64,000 nt of DNA from Myxococcota bacterium (lineage in GTDB: Bacteria; Myxococcota_A; Polyangia; Polyangiales; Sandaracinaceae), in the NCBI GenBank assembly GCA_036149055.1, contig JAYZQJ010000084.1, forward strand, positions 1 to 64,000, given 5' to 3'. Of this stretch, positions 18,001-27,558 are shown piece after piece (within the stretch, counting starts at the first letter, position 1; each line of letters starts with the position of its first letter). The position numbers were made by a program, and so were the translations under genes. The notes under the pieces are model-generated. The model had not been told where the DNA came from, searched no databases, and saw only the letters and a program-made list of their open reading frames with translations.

Positions 18001-19549
18001 CCGGGATGGTGCCGCCGTTGGAGATGGCGAGCATGCGGGCGCCGCGCCGGGCGCTGAGGGTGCCGGCGATGCGATCCCAGGTGACCCGCGGCCGGAGCGA
18101 GCTGCCCATCTCCTCGCTCGGGTAGCGGCCGCTGAGCATGTCGAGCACGCCCTCGAAGCTCCGCCGCGGCAGCTCGGTGAACGGAGCCGCGCCGCGCACG
18201 AGATCGAAGACCGCGTCGACCGTCGCCGGCGCCTCCACCAGGTGCGCCACGATCTGCTGGGCGAGCACGTCGAGCGGGTTCCGCGGATAGAAGGTCTCCT
18301 CGACCTTGCCCTCCACCACGTGCCCGGTGACCGCCGCGCAGGCGACGAGGTCGCCGCGGAACTTGGGGAACAGGACGCCGCGGCTGACCGCGCCCACGTG
18401 ATGGCCGGCGCGCCCGATGCGCTGCACGCCCGACGCGACCGAGGGCGGGGCCTCGATCTGGATGACCAGATCGACCGCGCCCATGTCGATGCCGAGCTCG
18501 AGCGAGCTGGTGGCGACGATGGCGGGCAGCTCCCCGCGCTTGAGCTCGTCCTCGATCTGCGCGCGGATGTCCTTCGCGACCGAGCCGTGGTGCGCCTTGG
18601 CGATCTCCTCCTCGGCCACCTCGTTGAGCGCCTGCGCGAGCCGCTCGGCGAGGCGCCGCGAGTTGCAGAAGATCATCGTCGAGCGGTGGGCGCGGATGAG
18701 CTCGACGAGCCGCGGGTGGATCGACGGCCAGATCGAGTGAGGCCGCGGACCCGCCGCCGCCGGGCCGCTCTGCAGCTCCTCGACCTCCGCGAGCCGCGCC
18801 ATGTCCTCGACCGGCACCTCGACCTTCAGGTCGAAGTCCTTGCGGGCGCTCGCGTCGACGATGCTGACCGGGCGGGCCCGCGCCTTGCCCTCGATCACCG
18901 CGTAGCCGCCGAGGAAGCGCGCGACCTCGTCGAGCGGGCGCTGGGTCGCGCTGAGCCCGATGCGCTGCACGCGGTGATCGAGCATCGCCTCCATGCGCTC
19001 GAGCGACAGCGCGAGGTGGGCGCCGCGCTTGGTGTCCACCATGGAGTGGATCTCGTCGATGATGACCGTCTCGACGGTCTTCAGCATCTCCCGCGCGCGA
19101 GAGGTGAGGATGAGGTACAGCGACTCGGGCGTGGTGATGAGGATGTCCGGCGGGTCGCGCCGCATCTTCTCGCGCTCGGACTGGGGCGTGTCGCCGCTGC
19201 GCACGGCCACGCTCGGCACGCGGTGCGCGTCGCCCGCCCGCTCGGCCGTGACCCGGATGCCGTTGAGCGGCGCGCGCAGGTTCCGTTCGACGTCGACGCC
19301 GAGCGCCTTGAGCGGCGAGACGTAGAGGACCCGGACGCCCTTCTCCTCCTTCGGCGGCCCGAACATCAGCCGATCGATGGCGACCAGGAACGCGCTCAGG
19401 GTCTTGCCGCTGCCGGTCGGGGCGAGGAGCAGGGTCGAGTCCCCGGCGGTGATCGGCGGCCAGCCCTTCGCCTGCGCGCCGGTCGGCGCCTCGAACGAGG
19501 TCTCGAACCAGCGGCGGGTGCAGCGGTGGGCGAAGTCGAGCGGGTCCAT
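15095..19549 (-). CDS. lhr: Full-length ATP-dependent SF2 helicase Lhr (core plus C-terminal winged-helix/AlkZ-like domain)
   Basis: APTGSGKT, YVSPLKAL, TTPESL, IDEIH, LSATQ, HHGS, TSSLELGID, QRIGRAGH, GGTIPDRG; C-terminal RRGYFVAGLGAAQFA; about 1480 aa. Confidence 0.95.
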   Translation of the reverse strand: MDPLDFAHRCTRRWFETSFEAPTGAQAKGWPPITAGDSTLLLAPTGSGKTLSAFLVAIDRLMFGPPKEEKGVRVLYVSPLKALGVDVERNLRAPLNGIRVTAERAGDAHRVPSVAVRSGDTPQSEREKMRRDPPDILITTPESLYLILTSRAREMLKTVETVIIDEIHSMVDTKRGAHLALSLERMEAMLDHRVQRIGLSATQRPLDEVARFLGGYAVIEGKARARPVSIVDASARKDFDLKVEVPVEDMARLAEVEELQSGPAAAGPRPHSIWPSIHPRLVELIRAHRSTMIFCNSRRLAERLAQALNEVAEEEIAKAHHGSVAKDIRAQIEDELKRGELPAIVATSSLELGIDMGAVDLVIQIEAPPSVASGVQRIGRAGHHVGAVSRGVLFPKFRGDLVACAAVTGHVVEGKVEETFYPRNPLDVLAQQIVAHLVEAPATVDAVFDLVRGAAPFTELPRRSFEGVLDMLSGRYPSEEMGSSLRPRVTWDRIAGTLSARRGARMLAISNGGTIPDRGLYGVFLASSDKPVRVGELDEEMVYESREGDVFLLGASSWRIEEITHDRVLVTPAPGEPGKMPFWHGDRPGRPLEFGRAIGALTRELSSMPRGAALSKLEGHHALDPRAAENLLRYLEDQAEATGRLPTDRAIVIERFIDEIGDWVVTVLSPFGARVHAPWSTAVTQRLSHELGMDPDAMWSDDGMVFRLPDADEPPEDAWFLPDPEEVERLIVDQLPSTSLFAARFRENAGRALLLPKRRPGQRTPLWAQRRKAAQLLKVASRFSDFPIVLETYRECLRDVFDLPGLLEILKDVKERRILVTSVKTRSPSPFASSLLFNYVASFIYEGDVPLAERRSQMLSLDHAQLRELLGEPELRELLDLDAIHEVERRLQRLTGRLVNHPDALHDLLLGLGDLGRAEIEARCEEGADVEGWLAGLTRARRVVKVTVADEPRFIAVEDMARYRDGLGLVPPQGLPQALLEPVRDPLGDLIARYARTHGPFTLEAVSGRYGLGSGAVRVVLERLQEADKVLEGELVPGGRTREWVGVDVLRQIKQRSLAKLRQQIEPVEPDALARFALDWHGVGRQRSGPDALIGVIEQLQGAPIPASSLEAHTLPSRLGGYDRRDLDELCASGEVLWRGVGALGPKDGRIALYLADHYDLLAPPATPVEGELAAAIRECLSARGAVFFRELVDATGSFGRDVLETLWDMVWAGEVTNDTLMPIRAMRGGDERPRGRQRLSRRTPRRSGPPGSEGRWSLLPPVEGPTPTERAEALATQLLERHGVLTREAVQSEGIPGGFSAVYPVLKAMEQAGKVRRGYFVAGLGAAQFALPGAEDRLRKHREPDDDAAVTLVAADDPANVYGAAIGWPESTGRPARTAGARVVLHAGRLVGYVGKTGHSVLTFLPDPEDPLAHAKAIEALVRGLKDASGEGRKARAVLLKRVNGDDPADSVLADHLRAAGFSATSRGYHRRVDPEEGSRLLH

Positions 19550-19683
19550 GCGAGCGTTCAAGATGGCATGTCGAGGCGAGCCCTGCCCCGCCGAGCCTGG
19601 GTCCGGGGCCGGTCTGCTGCCAGCACGGTGTCAGGAGCGGGGCGCGTTCCCTTCGATTTCGCCGCGCGGTAACATCGACCCCG

Positions 19684-20310
19684 GTGCGGATCGACGAGCT
19701 ACCGACGGAGTGGCCGTGGGCGGTGGGGGAGTCTCCCTTTCACATCAAGGGGACCGCCTACGCCTTCCACATGGAGTTCGTGCGCGAGGATCTCCCGGGT
19801 GGCGTCGAGGCGCAGGGCGAGAAGCTCGGCGACCCCGCGCTCCAGCGCTTCTTCGCGCAGACCTTCTTCACCACGAGCTGGTACGACGTCTGGCCCCTCA
19901 TCCAGGCCGGCCGCGCGTGCGGCGAGGTGGTGGGCGCGGGCTTCGAGCGCTTCGTCACCACGCGCGCCCAGCATCAGGTGGAGCGCGACCTCGGCCTCGT
20001 GCGCCGCGTCCTGCTGCGCGTCCTCAGCCCCCGCGCGCTCGCGCTCCGGGTGCCCAGCCTGAACGCCTCCTACTTCGACTTCGTCGAGGTGCGGTCGCAG
20101 GCGGACGGCCAGGTCGTGAGCGGGGCCTGCCACGGCCTGCCCGGCCCGGTGGTGCGCTGGTATCAGATCGTGACCGAGACCTTCATCGCCGAGGTCCTCC
20201 GCCGCAACGGCGCGGTCGATCACCGCATCACCTGGGACGCCCTCGAGCCCGACGGCGAGGCCCACGGCGTCCCGGTCTTCGCCCCCCACTTCCGGATCGC
20301 GCTGGTGTGA
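19684..20310 (+). CDS. Myxobacterial hypothetical protein (DUF2378/TIGR02265-like)
   Basis: FHIKG...SWYD..PL...YFDF pattern; TAACAT 8 nt before GTG; coding-like codon use. Confidence 0.6.
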   Translation: MRIDELPTEWPWAVGESPFHIKGTAYAFHMEFVREDLPGGVEAQGEKLGDPALQRFFAQTFFTTSWYDVWPLIQAGRACGEVVGAGFERFVTTRAQHQVERDLGLVRRVLLRVLSPRALALRVPSLNASYFDFVEVRSQADGQVVSGACHGLPGPVVRWYQIVTETFIAEVLRRNGAVDHRITWDALEPDGEAHGVPVFAPHFRIALV

Positions 20311-20325
20311 AGCGCGGGGGCTCGT

Positions 20326-21651
20326 TCAGCGGGTCAGCACGTAGATCGCCACGATCGCGACGATCGCGAGCACGACGAGCAGCGGCCAGAACCCGGCGCC
20401 GACCGTCGGCTTCTCCTCGGGCGCCGCCTTCGCCTCGACGGCCGCGGGCCGATCCGGGGTGCGCTTCGCCGGCGCCTTCTTCTTGGCCGCGGCCTTCTTC
20501 TTGGCCGGCGCCTTCTTGGTGGCCGCGCTCTTCGGCTCGGCCGCCTTCGGCGCCTCCGCCGTCGGACCCGCGTCGACCCCTTCGGAGGCCTCCTCGCGCT
20601 GCTTCTGCCGCTTGCGCTGCTTCCTCCGAGCCCGCGCCGCCTGCTTCCGCTCCCGCTTGGTCTTCTTCCGCTTCCCCTTCTTCTTGCTCTTCTTCGGGGC
20701 CGCCCCCGCCGCCGCCGCGTCGCCCGCGGCAGAGTCGTCGTCGTCGTCCGCCGAGTCGTCGTCCGCGGAAGAGTCGTCCTCGGACTCGTCGTCGTCCGGA
20801 TCGGAGCCGCTCTCGGAGTCGAAGCCGGTCTCGGAGTCGGACTCGGCCTCCGCCTCGGACTCGGCCTCGGACTCGGCCTCGGACCCGGAGTCGGAGTCGG
20901 ACTCGGAGTCGGACTCGGCTTCGGACTCGGCTTCGGACTCGGCGTCGGACTCGGCGTCGGACTCGGCTTCGGACTCGGCTTCGGTCTCGGCTTCGGACTC
21001 GGAGTCGGTCTCGGAGTCGGACTCGGCTTCGGCTTCGGAGTCGGCTTCGGAGTCGGACTCGGCTTCGGTCTCGGAGTCGGCTTCGGAGTCGGAGTCGGAC
21101 TCGGCCTCGGCGTCGGTCTCGGAGTCGGCTTCGGTCTCGACTTCGACCTCGGCGTCCGCTTCGGTCTCGGCCTCGGCTCCGGTCCCGGCCGCGGCTTCGG
21201 CCTCGGAGGCCGTCTCGGCCTCGGCCTTCGCCTCGACCCGAGCCTCGGCTTCCTCCGCCACCGGCGCCACCGAGTCCGGCGTCGCCCCCTCGGATCGCGC
21301 GAACGTCCCTGGCCCTTCGGTGCCTCGCTCCGCCACGAGCGTCGTGATCCGCTCCTTGGCCGACGGATCGATCTTCACGAACTTCACGCCCATGCCGGAC
21401 GGATGCTCGTCCGACGCGTTGGCCGGCCGCCGGACCCAGACCACCCGGCCGACCGCCGAGAGCGTCTCGTCCTCCAGCTCGATCTCGAGCTTCAGCAGCG
21501 TGCTCTTCTTGAGCGGCTCCTGGTGTCGGATGAAGAGCCCCTCCTCCGACACGTTGCCGCTGGAGCTGTCCACGAAGTCCGCGAGCATCGGGGTCCGAAA
21601 ACGGACCGTCGTCTCGATCGCGACTCGCTTGCCTGCGCGTTCCTCGCTCAT
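20326..21651 (-). CDS. TIGR02266-type PilZ-domain protein with a long S/D/E/A repeat linker, a basic patch and a C-terminal TM anchor
   Basis: RAGKR (RxxxR), NVSEEGLFI (NxSxxG), GRVVW..SGMGVKF; acidic repeats; C-terminal [21 protein letters not shown]. Confidence 0.85.
   Translation of the reverse strand: MSEERAGKRVAIETTVRFRTPMLADFVDSSSGNVSEEGLFIRHQEPLKKSTLLKLEIELEDETLSAVGRVVWVRRPANASDEHPSGMGVKFVKIDPSAKERITTLVAERGTEGPGTFARSEGATPDSVAPVAEEAEARVEAKAEAETASEAEAAAGTGAEAETEADAEVEVETEADSETDAEAESDSDSEADSETEAESDSEADSEAEAESDSETDSESEAETEAESEAESDAESDAESEAESEAESDSESDSDSGSEAESEAESEAEAESDSETGFDSESGSDPDDDESEDDSSADDDSADDDDDSAAGDAAAAGAAPKKSKKKGKRKKTKRERKQAARARRKQRKRQKQREEASEGVDAGPTAEAPKAAEPKSAATKKAPAKKKAAAKKKAPAKRTPDRPAAVEAKAAPEEKPTVGAGFWPLLVVLAIVAIVAIYVLTR
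20810..21230. repeat. Imperfect 6-bp-unit tandem repeat (TCGGAG/TCGGAC/TCGGCT) encoding the acidic linker
   Basis: Directly visible hexamer periodicity over about 420 bp. Confidence 0.85.
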
Positions 21652-21781
21652 GCGTGCGTTGTCCCCGAGAGCCACCCCCGGGCCCCGAAACGCCATGCGT
21701 ATCGTACTTCTCGGCGGTTGTCAGGAGAACGGCAGACGTCGGCGTTGCCCGGCGGCGCCCCCACCCGATAGAGTCCCGCCC

Positions 21782-22225
21782 GTGAGCGAGCCCTTCGTCG
21801 AGCAGGTGACCGCGATGGCCCGCGAGCTCGGCTTCACGGAAGTGGATCCGGGTGACGGCAGCTACGTGAAGATCAACGTCCAGATGGACGACGCCCCGGC
21901 GGTCGACGTCTACGTCCGCGCGTGCGGCGAGATGCACGGCAAGGAGGTGCTCGAGTTCTCGAGCGGCGGCCTCCGGCTCCCGTCGAACGACGCGGAGAAG
22001 ATGCCGCTGCTGATCCTGGCGCTGCAGCGCAACGCCGACGTGATCTTCGGGCACTGGGGGCTCGACGAGGCGGACGACGGCTCGACCCTGCGGGTCTTCC
22101 ACTCGCAGATCACCGAGACCATGGACCTGCCCGAGCTGAAGGGCGCCGTGCTCGCGGTGGCCGACGAGTACTCGCGGGTCGCCCAGGCGTTCGTCGAGCT
22201 GCTGCCGGCTCAGGCCGCGCGCTGA
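21782..22225 (+). CDS. YbjN/type III chaperone-fold-like protein
   Basis: 147 aa; LALQRNADVIFGHWGL and TMDLPELKGAVLAVADEY; TAGAGT 7 nt before GTG 21782. Confidence 0.6.
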   Translation: MSEPFVEQVTAMARELGFTEVDPGDGSYVKINVQMDDAPAVDVYVRACGEMHGKEVLEFSSGGLRLPSNDAEKMPLLILALQRNADVIFGHWGLDEADDGSTLRVFHSQITETMDLPELKGAVLAVADEYSRVAQAFVELLPAQAAR

Positions 22226-23097
22226 CGGCGCCAGATCGGCTCGACCACCCGTCGCCGCCCGGCCCGCGCCATCTCCTCGAGGCGCGCCACCCGCTCCCGC
22301 GTGCTCGGGTGGGTCCGGAGCGACTCCGGCAGCTCGAAGGTGAACAGCCGCGCCCACCAGGGCCCGCGATGGGCGTCCTCGATCTTCATCAGCGCGCTCG
22401 CGAGGCCCCACGGGTCGCCGGTCAGCGCCACCGCGCCCACGTCCGCGTCGAGCTCTCGCGAGCGCGAGAGCGCCAGGGCCAGCATCGACACCAGACGCGG
22501 CGCCACCGCCAGCCCCGCGATCGCGAGCCAGGGCACGCCGACCTCGCTCACCAGGACGAGCGGCAGGCTGATCAGCAGCAGCAGCCAGCCGATCGTGCTC
22601 ATCGAGCCCGTCAGGCGGCGGACCGTCTCCGCGAGCCGCATCACCCAGAGATCGCGGTGCCGGAGGTGGCTCATCTCGTGCGCGATCACCGCCACCGCCT
22701 CCCGGAGCGAGAGCGTGTGGAGCAGCGCGGGCGAGATCCCGATCGCGCGCTCGCCGCCTCGCTCGGTCGCGAACGCCTGGGGCCCCGGGAGCGGCACCAG
22801 GTAGAGCGTGGGCGGACGCGACAGGCCGGCGTCGCGCGCCAGATCGCGCACGGCCGCTTGCAGGGCCGGGACCTCGAACGGAGAGAGCGGGCGGGCGCCG
22901 TTCGCGCGCATCAGCCGCGCCGGCGAAGGGGAGGGCGTGAGCGCGGCGAGCAGCCCGGTCAGCGCGAGGCTCCAGGCCACCCCGGTCGGGCCGCCGAAGA
23001 GCCAGCCGAGGCCGGCGAGCACCGCGATCATCGCGGCCAGAATCAGGCCCGAACGAGCGAGGTTCTGGACCCGGTTTCGGGATACGATCGATGACAC
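22210..23097 (-). CDS. htpX: M48 zinc metalloprotease, HtpX-like
   Basis: N-terminal TMs, PQAFAT, AVIAHEMSHLRHRD (HExxH), SRSRELDAD, LASALMKI, LRTHPSTRERV. Confidence 0.88.
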   Translation of the reverse strand: MSSIVSRNRVQNLARSGLILAAMIAVLAGLGWLFGGPTGVAWSLALTGLLAALTPSPSPARLMRANGARPLSPFEVPALQAAVRDLARDAGLSRPPTLYLVPLPGPQAFATERGGERAIGISPALLHTLSLREAVAVIAHEMSHLRHRDLWVMRLAETVRRLTGSMSTIGWLLLLISLPLVLVSEVGVPWLAIAGLAVAPRLVSMLALALSRSRELDADVGAVALTGDPWGLASALMKIEDAHRGPWWARLFTFELPESLRTHPSTRERVARLEEMARAGRRRVVEPIWRRQRAA

Positions 23098-23209
23098 GAG
23101 ATCAAGCTGAGCATCGCGTCGGGGGACGCAAGATCTGGACGTCTCGGTCGGGGAGCCCCATGAGGGGGACGTCGCCGCGGCGCCCAGCTGGATCAAGGGT
23201 GCGGGCACG

Positions 23210-25144
23210 GTGAGCTACGAGACCGGACTGAGCGAGGACCTGCGGGCCCTGCTCGAGCAATCCACGCTCGGGGCAGTGGTGCACGACGAGCAAAGGGTGC
23301 TGCTCGTCAACCAGGAGGCGACCCGGCTGCTGGGCCGCGGCCCCGAGCACCTCCGGACGGTGGAGGACGTCGGGCGCCTCCTCTTCGGCGAGCACGCCGG
23401 CAAGACCGCGCTCTGCGCCAGGATCGAGAGCGCAGGGGTGGCAGCCGCAGCGCAGGGCGGCGCCCCCCGGGAGCCGGTCCGCCTCCCGTTCGAGGCGCCG
23501 GACGGGACCCGCCGCTGGCTCGAGGTGCTGCCGCCCGCGTTCCTGCCCACCGGGCTCTACGTGCAGACCTTCCTCGACGCGACCGAGCTCGAGGCCGAGC
23601 GGCGGGCGCGGAGCGAGGTCGACCGGCGCCTGGAGACGGCGCTCCGGAGCGCCGAGGACTTCGTGCTGTACCAGCTGCGGCTCGATCCAGACAGCGAGTT
23701 CCAGGGCGTCGTCGAGCTGGTCAGCCCGTCGCTCTCGCGCATCATGGGGGTGCCGCCCGACACCCCGCTCCCCGGGTGGTTCGCGAACATTCACCCCGAC
23801 GATCTCCCCCGGGTGGCCGAGGCGAACGCGCGCGCGGCGGCCCGGCAGGAGCGGTTCAGCGAGATCGCGCGGGTGTGGCGTCCGGACGAGGAGCGCTGGG
23901 GCTGGATCCACGCGATCTCGAACCCGGTGCGCGACGAGGAGGGCGTCGTCACCCACTACCTCGGCCTCATCGTCGACATCACCGCGCAGCGAGAGGCGGA
24001 GGACGAGCGGCGGCGGCTCGAGGTGGAGCTGGCCCGCAAGCACCGGCTCGAGGCGCTCGGCACCCTCGCCGGCGGGGTGGCCCACGACTTCAACAACCTG
24101 CTCATGGCCATGCAGGGCACCGTGGCGATGGGGCTCGACGACACCCACGAGAGCGAGCTCGCGCACGAGCACTTCACCGAGCTGCAGCAGCTGGTGGAGA
24201 GCGCGGCGGTCCTGACCCGCGAGCTGCTCGGCTACGCGCGGCGCGGGCGCTACGACGTCCGGCCGTTCGATCTGATCCGGCTGCTCGACGACGTGACCCG
24301 CGCCGCCGCCCGCAGCCACCCCGACGCGGACGTGCAGGTGGCCGCCGCCGAGCCGCTCGTCGTCCGCGCGGACCGCGCCCAGCTCGAGCGCGTCTTCCTC
24401 AACCTTCTGGTCAACGCCGCCGACGCGACCGACGGTGAGCCGATCCGCGTCGAGGCCCGCCGCCGGGACGTGGGGCCCGCCGAGGAGGTGCCCGCGGGCG
24501 CCTACGTCGAGGTCGCGGTCGTCGATCGGGGCGAGGGCATGGACGAGGCGACGCGGCGGCGCGTCTTCGAGCCGTTCTTCACCACCAAGCCGATGGGCCG
24601 CGGCACCGGGCTCGGGCTCGCCGCGGCGCACGGCATCGTGCGGGGGCACGGCGGCACCATCGTCGCCGAGTCGACGCCCGGTGAGGGCACGACGATGCGG
24701 GTGCTGCTCCCGCTCTCGAGCGACCGCCCGGTGGTCCGGGAGCCGGCGGACGAGGAGGCGCCGCCGACCCGCACCATCCTGGTGGTCGACGACGAGAAGG
24801 TGGTGCGCACGGTGGTCCGGCGGCTGCTCGAGCGCGCCGGCTACCGGGTGCTCGACGCCGACGGAGTGGACGGTGGAGTGGCCGCGTTCTTCGAGCACCA
24901 CCCGGACGCGGTCATCCTCGACCTCGTGATGCCGAAGGGCGGCGGGAGAGCCGCCTTCGAGCAGATCCGGGCGCGGGCGCCGGACGCGCGGGTGCTCCTC
25001 GCCAGCGGCTACAGCGTCGACCCCGAGGTCGAGGCGCTGATCGGGCACGGCGCGCTCTTCCTCGAGAAGCCGTTCACGCCGCAGGCGCTCCGGGCCAAGC
25101 TGTCCGAGCTGTTCCAATCCGAGACGGCGCTCAAGTCACCCTGA
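23210..25144 (+). CDS. Cytoplasmic PAS-PAS hybrid sensor histidine kinase/response regulator
   Basis: PAS_3 IHPDD; H-box AGGVAHDFNNLL; NLLVNA, DRGEGM, FEPFFTTK, GTGLGL; receiver VVDDE, ILDLVMP, KPF. Confidence 0.93.
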   Translation: MSYETGLSEDLRALLEQSTLGAVVHDEQRVLLVNQEATRLLGRGPEHLRTVEDVGRLLFGEHAGKTALCARIESAGVAAAAQGGAPREPVRLPFEAPDGTRRWLEVLPPAFLPTGLYVQTFLDATELEAERRARSEVDRRLETALRSAEDFVLYQLRLDPDSEFQGVVELVSPSLSRIMGVPPDTPLPGWFANIHPDDLPRVAEANARAAARQERFSEIARVWRPDEERWGWIHAISNPVRDEEGVVTHYLGLIVDITAQREAEDERRRLEVELARKHRLEALGTLAGGVAHDFNNLLMAMQGTVAMGLDDTHESELAHEHFTELQQLVESAAVLTRELLGYARRGRYDVRPFDLIRLLDDVTRAAARSHPDADVQVAAAEPLVVRADRAQLERVFLNLLVNAADATDGEPIRVEARRRDVGPAEEVPAGAYVEVAVVDRGEGMDEATRRRVFEPFFTTKPMGRGTGLGLAAAHGIVRGHGGTIVAESTPGEGTTMRVLLPLSSDRPVVREPADEEAPPTRTILVVDDEKVVRTVVRRLLERAGYRVLDADGVDGGVAAFFEHHPDAVILDLVMPKGGGRAAFEQIRARAPDARVLLASGYSVDPEVEALIGHGALFLEKPFTPQALRAKLSELFQSETALKSP

Positions 25145-25175
25145 AGGCGGCCGATGATCGCGGACGGAGGACCCC

Positions 25176-25841
25176 GTGATCCGATCGCTCGACCCTCGCG
25201 TCTTCACGCCCCAGCGCGCCCCGACCGCGCCCGAGCCGCGCGCCGCGGCGCCGACCCCCAGCACGGACGTCGGCTCCGAGCCGGGCGCGACGCCCCGGGT
25301 CGACGGCGGCCGGGTGAACCCGCAGGCCTCGGCCGAGGGGCCGAACGGCGAGGCGCTCACCGCCGACGAGCAGCGCGAGGTGCAGCGGCTCCAGAAGCGC
25401 GACGCCGAGGTGCGCGCTCACGAGCAGGCGCACGCGGCGGCCGGCGGGGCCCACGCGGGGGCGCCCAGCTACGGCTACGAGACCGGCCCCGACGGCAAGC
25501 GGTACGCGGTGTCGGGCGAGGTCTCGATCGACACCTCGGAGATCGAAGGCGACTCGCAGGCCTCGCTGCAGAAGCTGGAGCAGGTGGCGCGCGCGGCCCT
25601 CGCCCCCGCGCAGCCCTCGGGGCAGGACCGAAAGGTCGCCGCCCAGGCCCGCGCCAAGATCGCGCGGCTGCGCGCCGAGATGGTCGAGGAGAAGATCGAC
25701 CCCGAGCAGGCCGCCGCGGCCGGCGATCCCGCCGCGGCGCGCGCCAAGGGCGCGTACGAGAAGAGCGCCGACGTCGAGCCCCCGACCGCGAGCCTGCAGA
25801 TCACGGCCTGCGGGAGCTGCGGTCACGGGCACCGTCGCTGA
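25176..25841 (+). CDS. SprA-related family protein (putative metalloprotease)
   Basis: RDAEVRAHEQAHAAAGG...GPDGKRYAVSGEVSID...AALAPAQPSGQDRKVA; SD GGAGG. Confidence 0.85.
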   Translation: MIRSLDPRVFTPQRAPTAPEPRAAAPTPSTDVGSEPGATPRVDGGRVNPQASAEGPNGEALTADEQREVQRLQKRDAEVRAHEQAHAAAGGAHAGAPSYGYETGPDGKRYAVSGEVSIDTSEIEGDSQASLQKLEQVARAALAPAQPSGQDRKVAAQARAKIARLRAEMVEEKIDPEQAAAAGDPAAARAKGAYEKSADVEPPTASLQITACGSCGHGHRR

Positions 25842-25844
25842 GCG

Positions 25845-27506
25845 TCAGGCCTTCCGCCGGCGCCACGCGAGGGCCGCGCCGGCCGCGCCGACGAGGAAGA
25901 GCGCGCCGAAGCCGGTGCTGACCGGGCTCGCGCTGCACGCCGCGCCGCCCCCCGGGGTGAGGCCGCGCTCGTCGGACACCTCGCGGAGCCGGTCGGTCGG
26001 CATGCCCGGGCGGAAGTCGCCGCCGTAGCGGTCCTCGCAGTAGGCGTCGTCGTCGCCGTGGTAGGGCACGCCCTCGCGCATCAGCTGCTCGCGCCCGCTC
26101 GGCAGCTCGAGCCGCACCGGGGCGGTCCACTGGAAGAACTCCGGCCCGCAGTCGATGTGCTGGGTCGCCTCGTGCACGTTCGAGTAGGCGGGCGCGAGCT
26201 CGTCGCTCCGCATGAACATCGGGTCCTCGTCCATCTCGTCGGCGCTCATGGTGGTGAAGAGCCGGGTGAGGTGCGGCCGGGCATCCACCCAGCCCTGGGC
26301 GCGGGCGCGCGGGTCGACGATGCCGGCGTTCAGGTCGTCCACGAGCCGATCGGGGTCGAAGCCGATCGCCTCGAGGTGCGCTCGGATCTGCGGGTCGTCC
26401 TGCCCCCAGCCCTGGAAGAGGCTGTTGTAGAAGGTCTGCGCGTCGAAGCCGTCCGGCGGCGGGAGGTTGCGGGTCAGGATCCCGAGCAGCTGGGAGTCGC
26501 CGACGAAGCCGCGGTCGCGCAGCTCGCGGAGGAACGCGCCCGGATCGGTCTCGGTGCGCAGGTGCTCGATGGACTGCAGCTCGATCGAGAGCGAGGGCAT
26601 GTCACCCGCGAAGTCGGTCACGAACGCGTGGCCGCCCGCGTCGTCCACCGCGCGGGTCACGGCGTCGAAGTAGCGGGTGCTGCCGGTCCAGAGCCCGAAG
26701 TCGTCGAGGTCCGGCTCGACGAGCATGAAGTTCAGGGGCCGCACGCGCTGGTTCCCGAGGAAGTAGGCGGTGATCGGCATGTTCGGCACGGTGGCGATGC
26801 GGGTGAGCCGGATCGGGATGCAGGGCTCGTCGTTCGCGCTCGTGAGCACGATCGGCTGGATCTCGCCGGTCTCGCGGTTCTTCAGGAGCTTGAGCGCGAC
26901 GAAGAAGTGGTCGAGCGCGACGTAGTGATCCATCTCGGCGCCCGCGCTCTCCGGGATCTCGTAGCCGTTGTCGGTCAGCCAGGTGCGGAGCGCGTCGGCG
27001 TCGCCGGAGCGGAGCACGGCCACGTCGAAGGGTCCGACGTTGCCGCGGAAGCGGACGTCGACCTCGCCGGAGGGGGGCGGCGCGGCCGCCGCGTCCGCGA
27101 AGCCGCCGCCGGCCATCGGGCCGTCGCTGTCGAAGCGGTCGTCCCACCAGCCGTCGCAGCTCGGCTCGGCGCGGCAGGTCCCGTGCACCTCGGTCCGGGT
27201 CGTGAAGCGCGGGCTCGTGCTCGCGGCCAGCCGCTGGAAGAGCACGTCGGTCCCGACGTCCACCGTGGGCTCGGCGGGGATCGGCAGGATCCAGGCGAAC
27301 TCCTCGGAGGGGCCCTGGTAGAGGATCTGCACGACCGTCGTGACGGTGCCGTCGTCGTTGTAGATGAAGGCGATGTTCTCGCCGGACTGATCGATCGCCT
27401 GGCGGTTGCAGAAGAAGCCGCCGCAGGCGTGCGCCTTGGGCGCGGCGGCGAGCAGGGCCACCGCGGCGGCGGCCGCGCCGAGGGTCACGAGGTGTCGGGT
27501 TCTCAT
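25845..27506 (-). CDS. DUF2330 domain protein with MYXO-CTERM tail
   Basis: AHA|CGGFFC, IDQSGENI, QILYQG..FAWILPIP, WLTDNGY, FVALKL, IPIRLT; tail GGAACSA-hydrophobic-RRRK. Confidence 0.88.
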   Translation of the reverse strand: MRTRHLVTLGAAAAAVALLAAAPKAHACGGFFCNRQAIDQSGENIAFIYNDDGTVTTVVQILYQGPSEEFAWILPIPAEPTVDVGTDVLFQRLAASTSPRFTTRTEVHGTCRAEPSCDGWWDDRFDSDGPMAGGGFADAAAAPPPSGEVDVRFRGNVGPFDVAVLRSGDADALRTWLTDNGYEIPESAGAEMDHYVALDHFFVALKLLKNRETGEIQPIVLTSANDEPCIPIRLTRIATVPNMPITAYFLGNQRVRPLNFMLVEPDLDDFGLWTGSTRYFDAVTRAVDDAGGHAFVTDFAGDMPSLSIELQSIEHLRTETDPGAFLRELRDRGFVGDSQLLGILTRNLPPPDGFDAQTFYNSLFQGWGQDDPQIRAHLEAIGFDPDRLVDDLNAGIVDPRARAQGWVDARPHLTRLFTTMSADEMDEDPMFMRSDELAPAYSNVHEATQHIDCGPEFFQWTAPVRLELPSGREQLMREGVPYHGDDDAYCEDRYGGDFRPGMPTDRLREVSDERGLTPGGGAACSASPVSTGFGALFLVGAAGAALAWRRRKA

Positions 27507-27542
27507 CGTCGTCTCCATCCCACAGGTGTCCGGCCCCGATAG

Positions 27543-27558
27543 AGCAGCCCCCGTGCCG
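27543..27558 (-). promoter_or_regulatory. Sigma-54 (-24/-12) promoter for the DUF2330 gene
   Basis: Minus strand CGGCACGGGGGCTGCT (GG-N10-GC); +1 near 27532, then SD GGAG and ATG 27506. Confidence 0.6.

Noticed and set aside
19545..19562. Myxobacterial LexA box at the lhr start (GTTCA half-site; similar one at 31866)
   Set aside because: Only a half-site matches; too weak to call
8876..19672. Very long antisense ORFs (8876-13009, 14930-19672; similarly 49411-53079 and 60065-63274)
   Set aside because: Shadow frames of real genes in very high-GC DNA: Arg/Gly/Ala-rich, with no motifs
20459..21781. Ser-Asp repeat ORF on the plus strand resembling staphylococcal Sdr adhesins
   Set aside because: Antisense reading of the PilZ protein linker; only the part from GTG 21782 has its own promoter signal and a globular sequence
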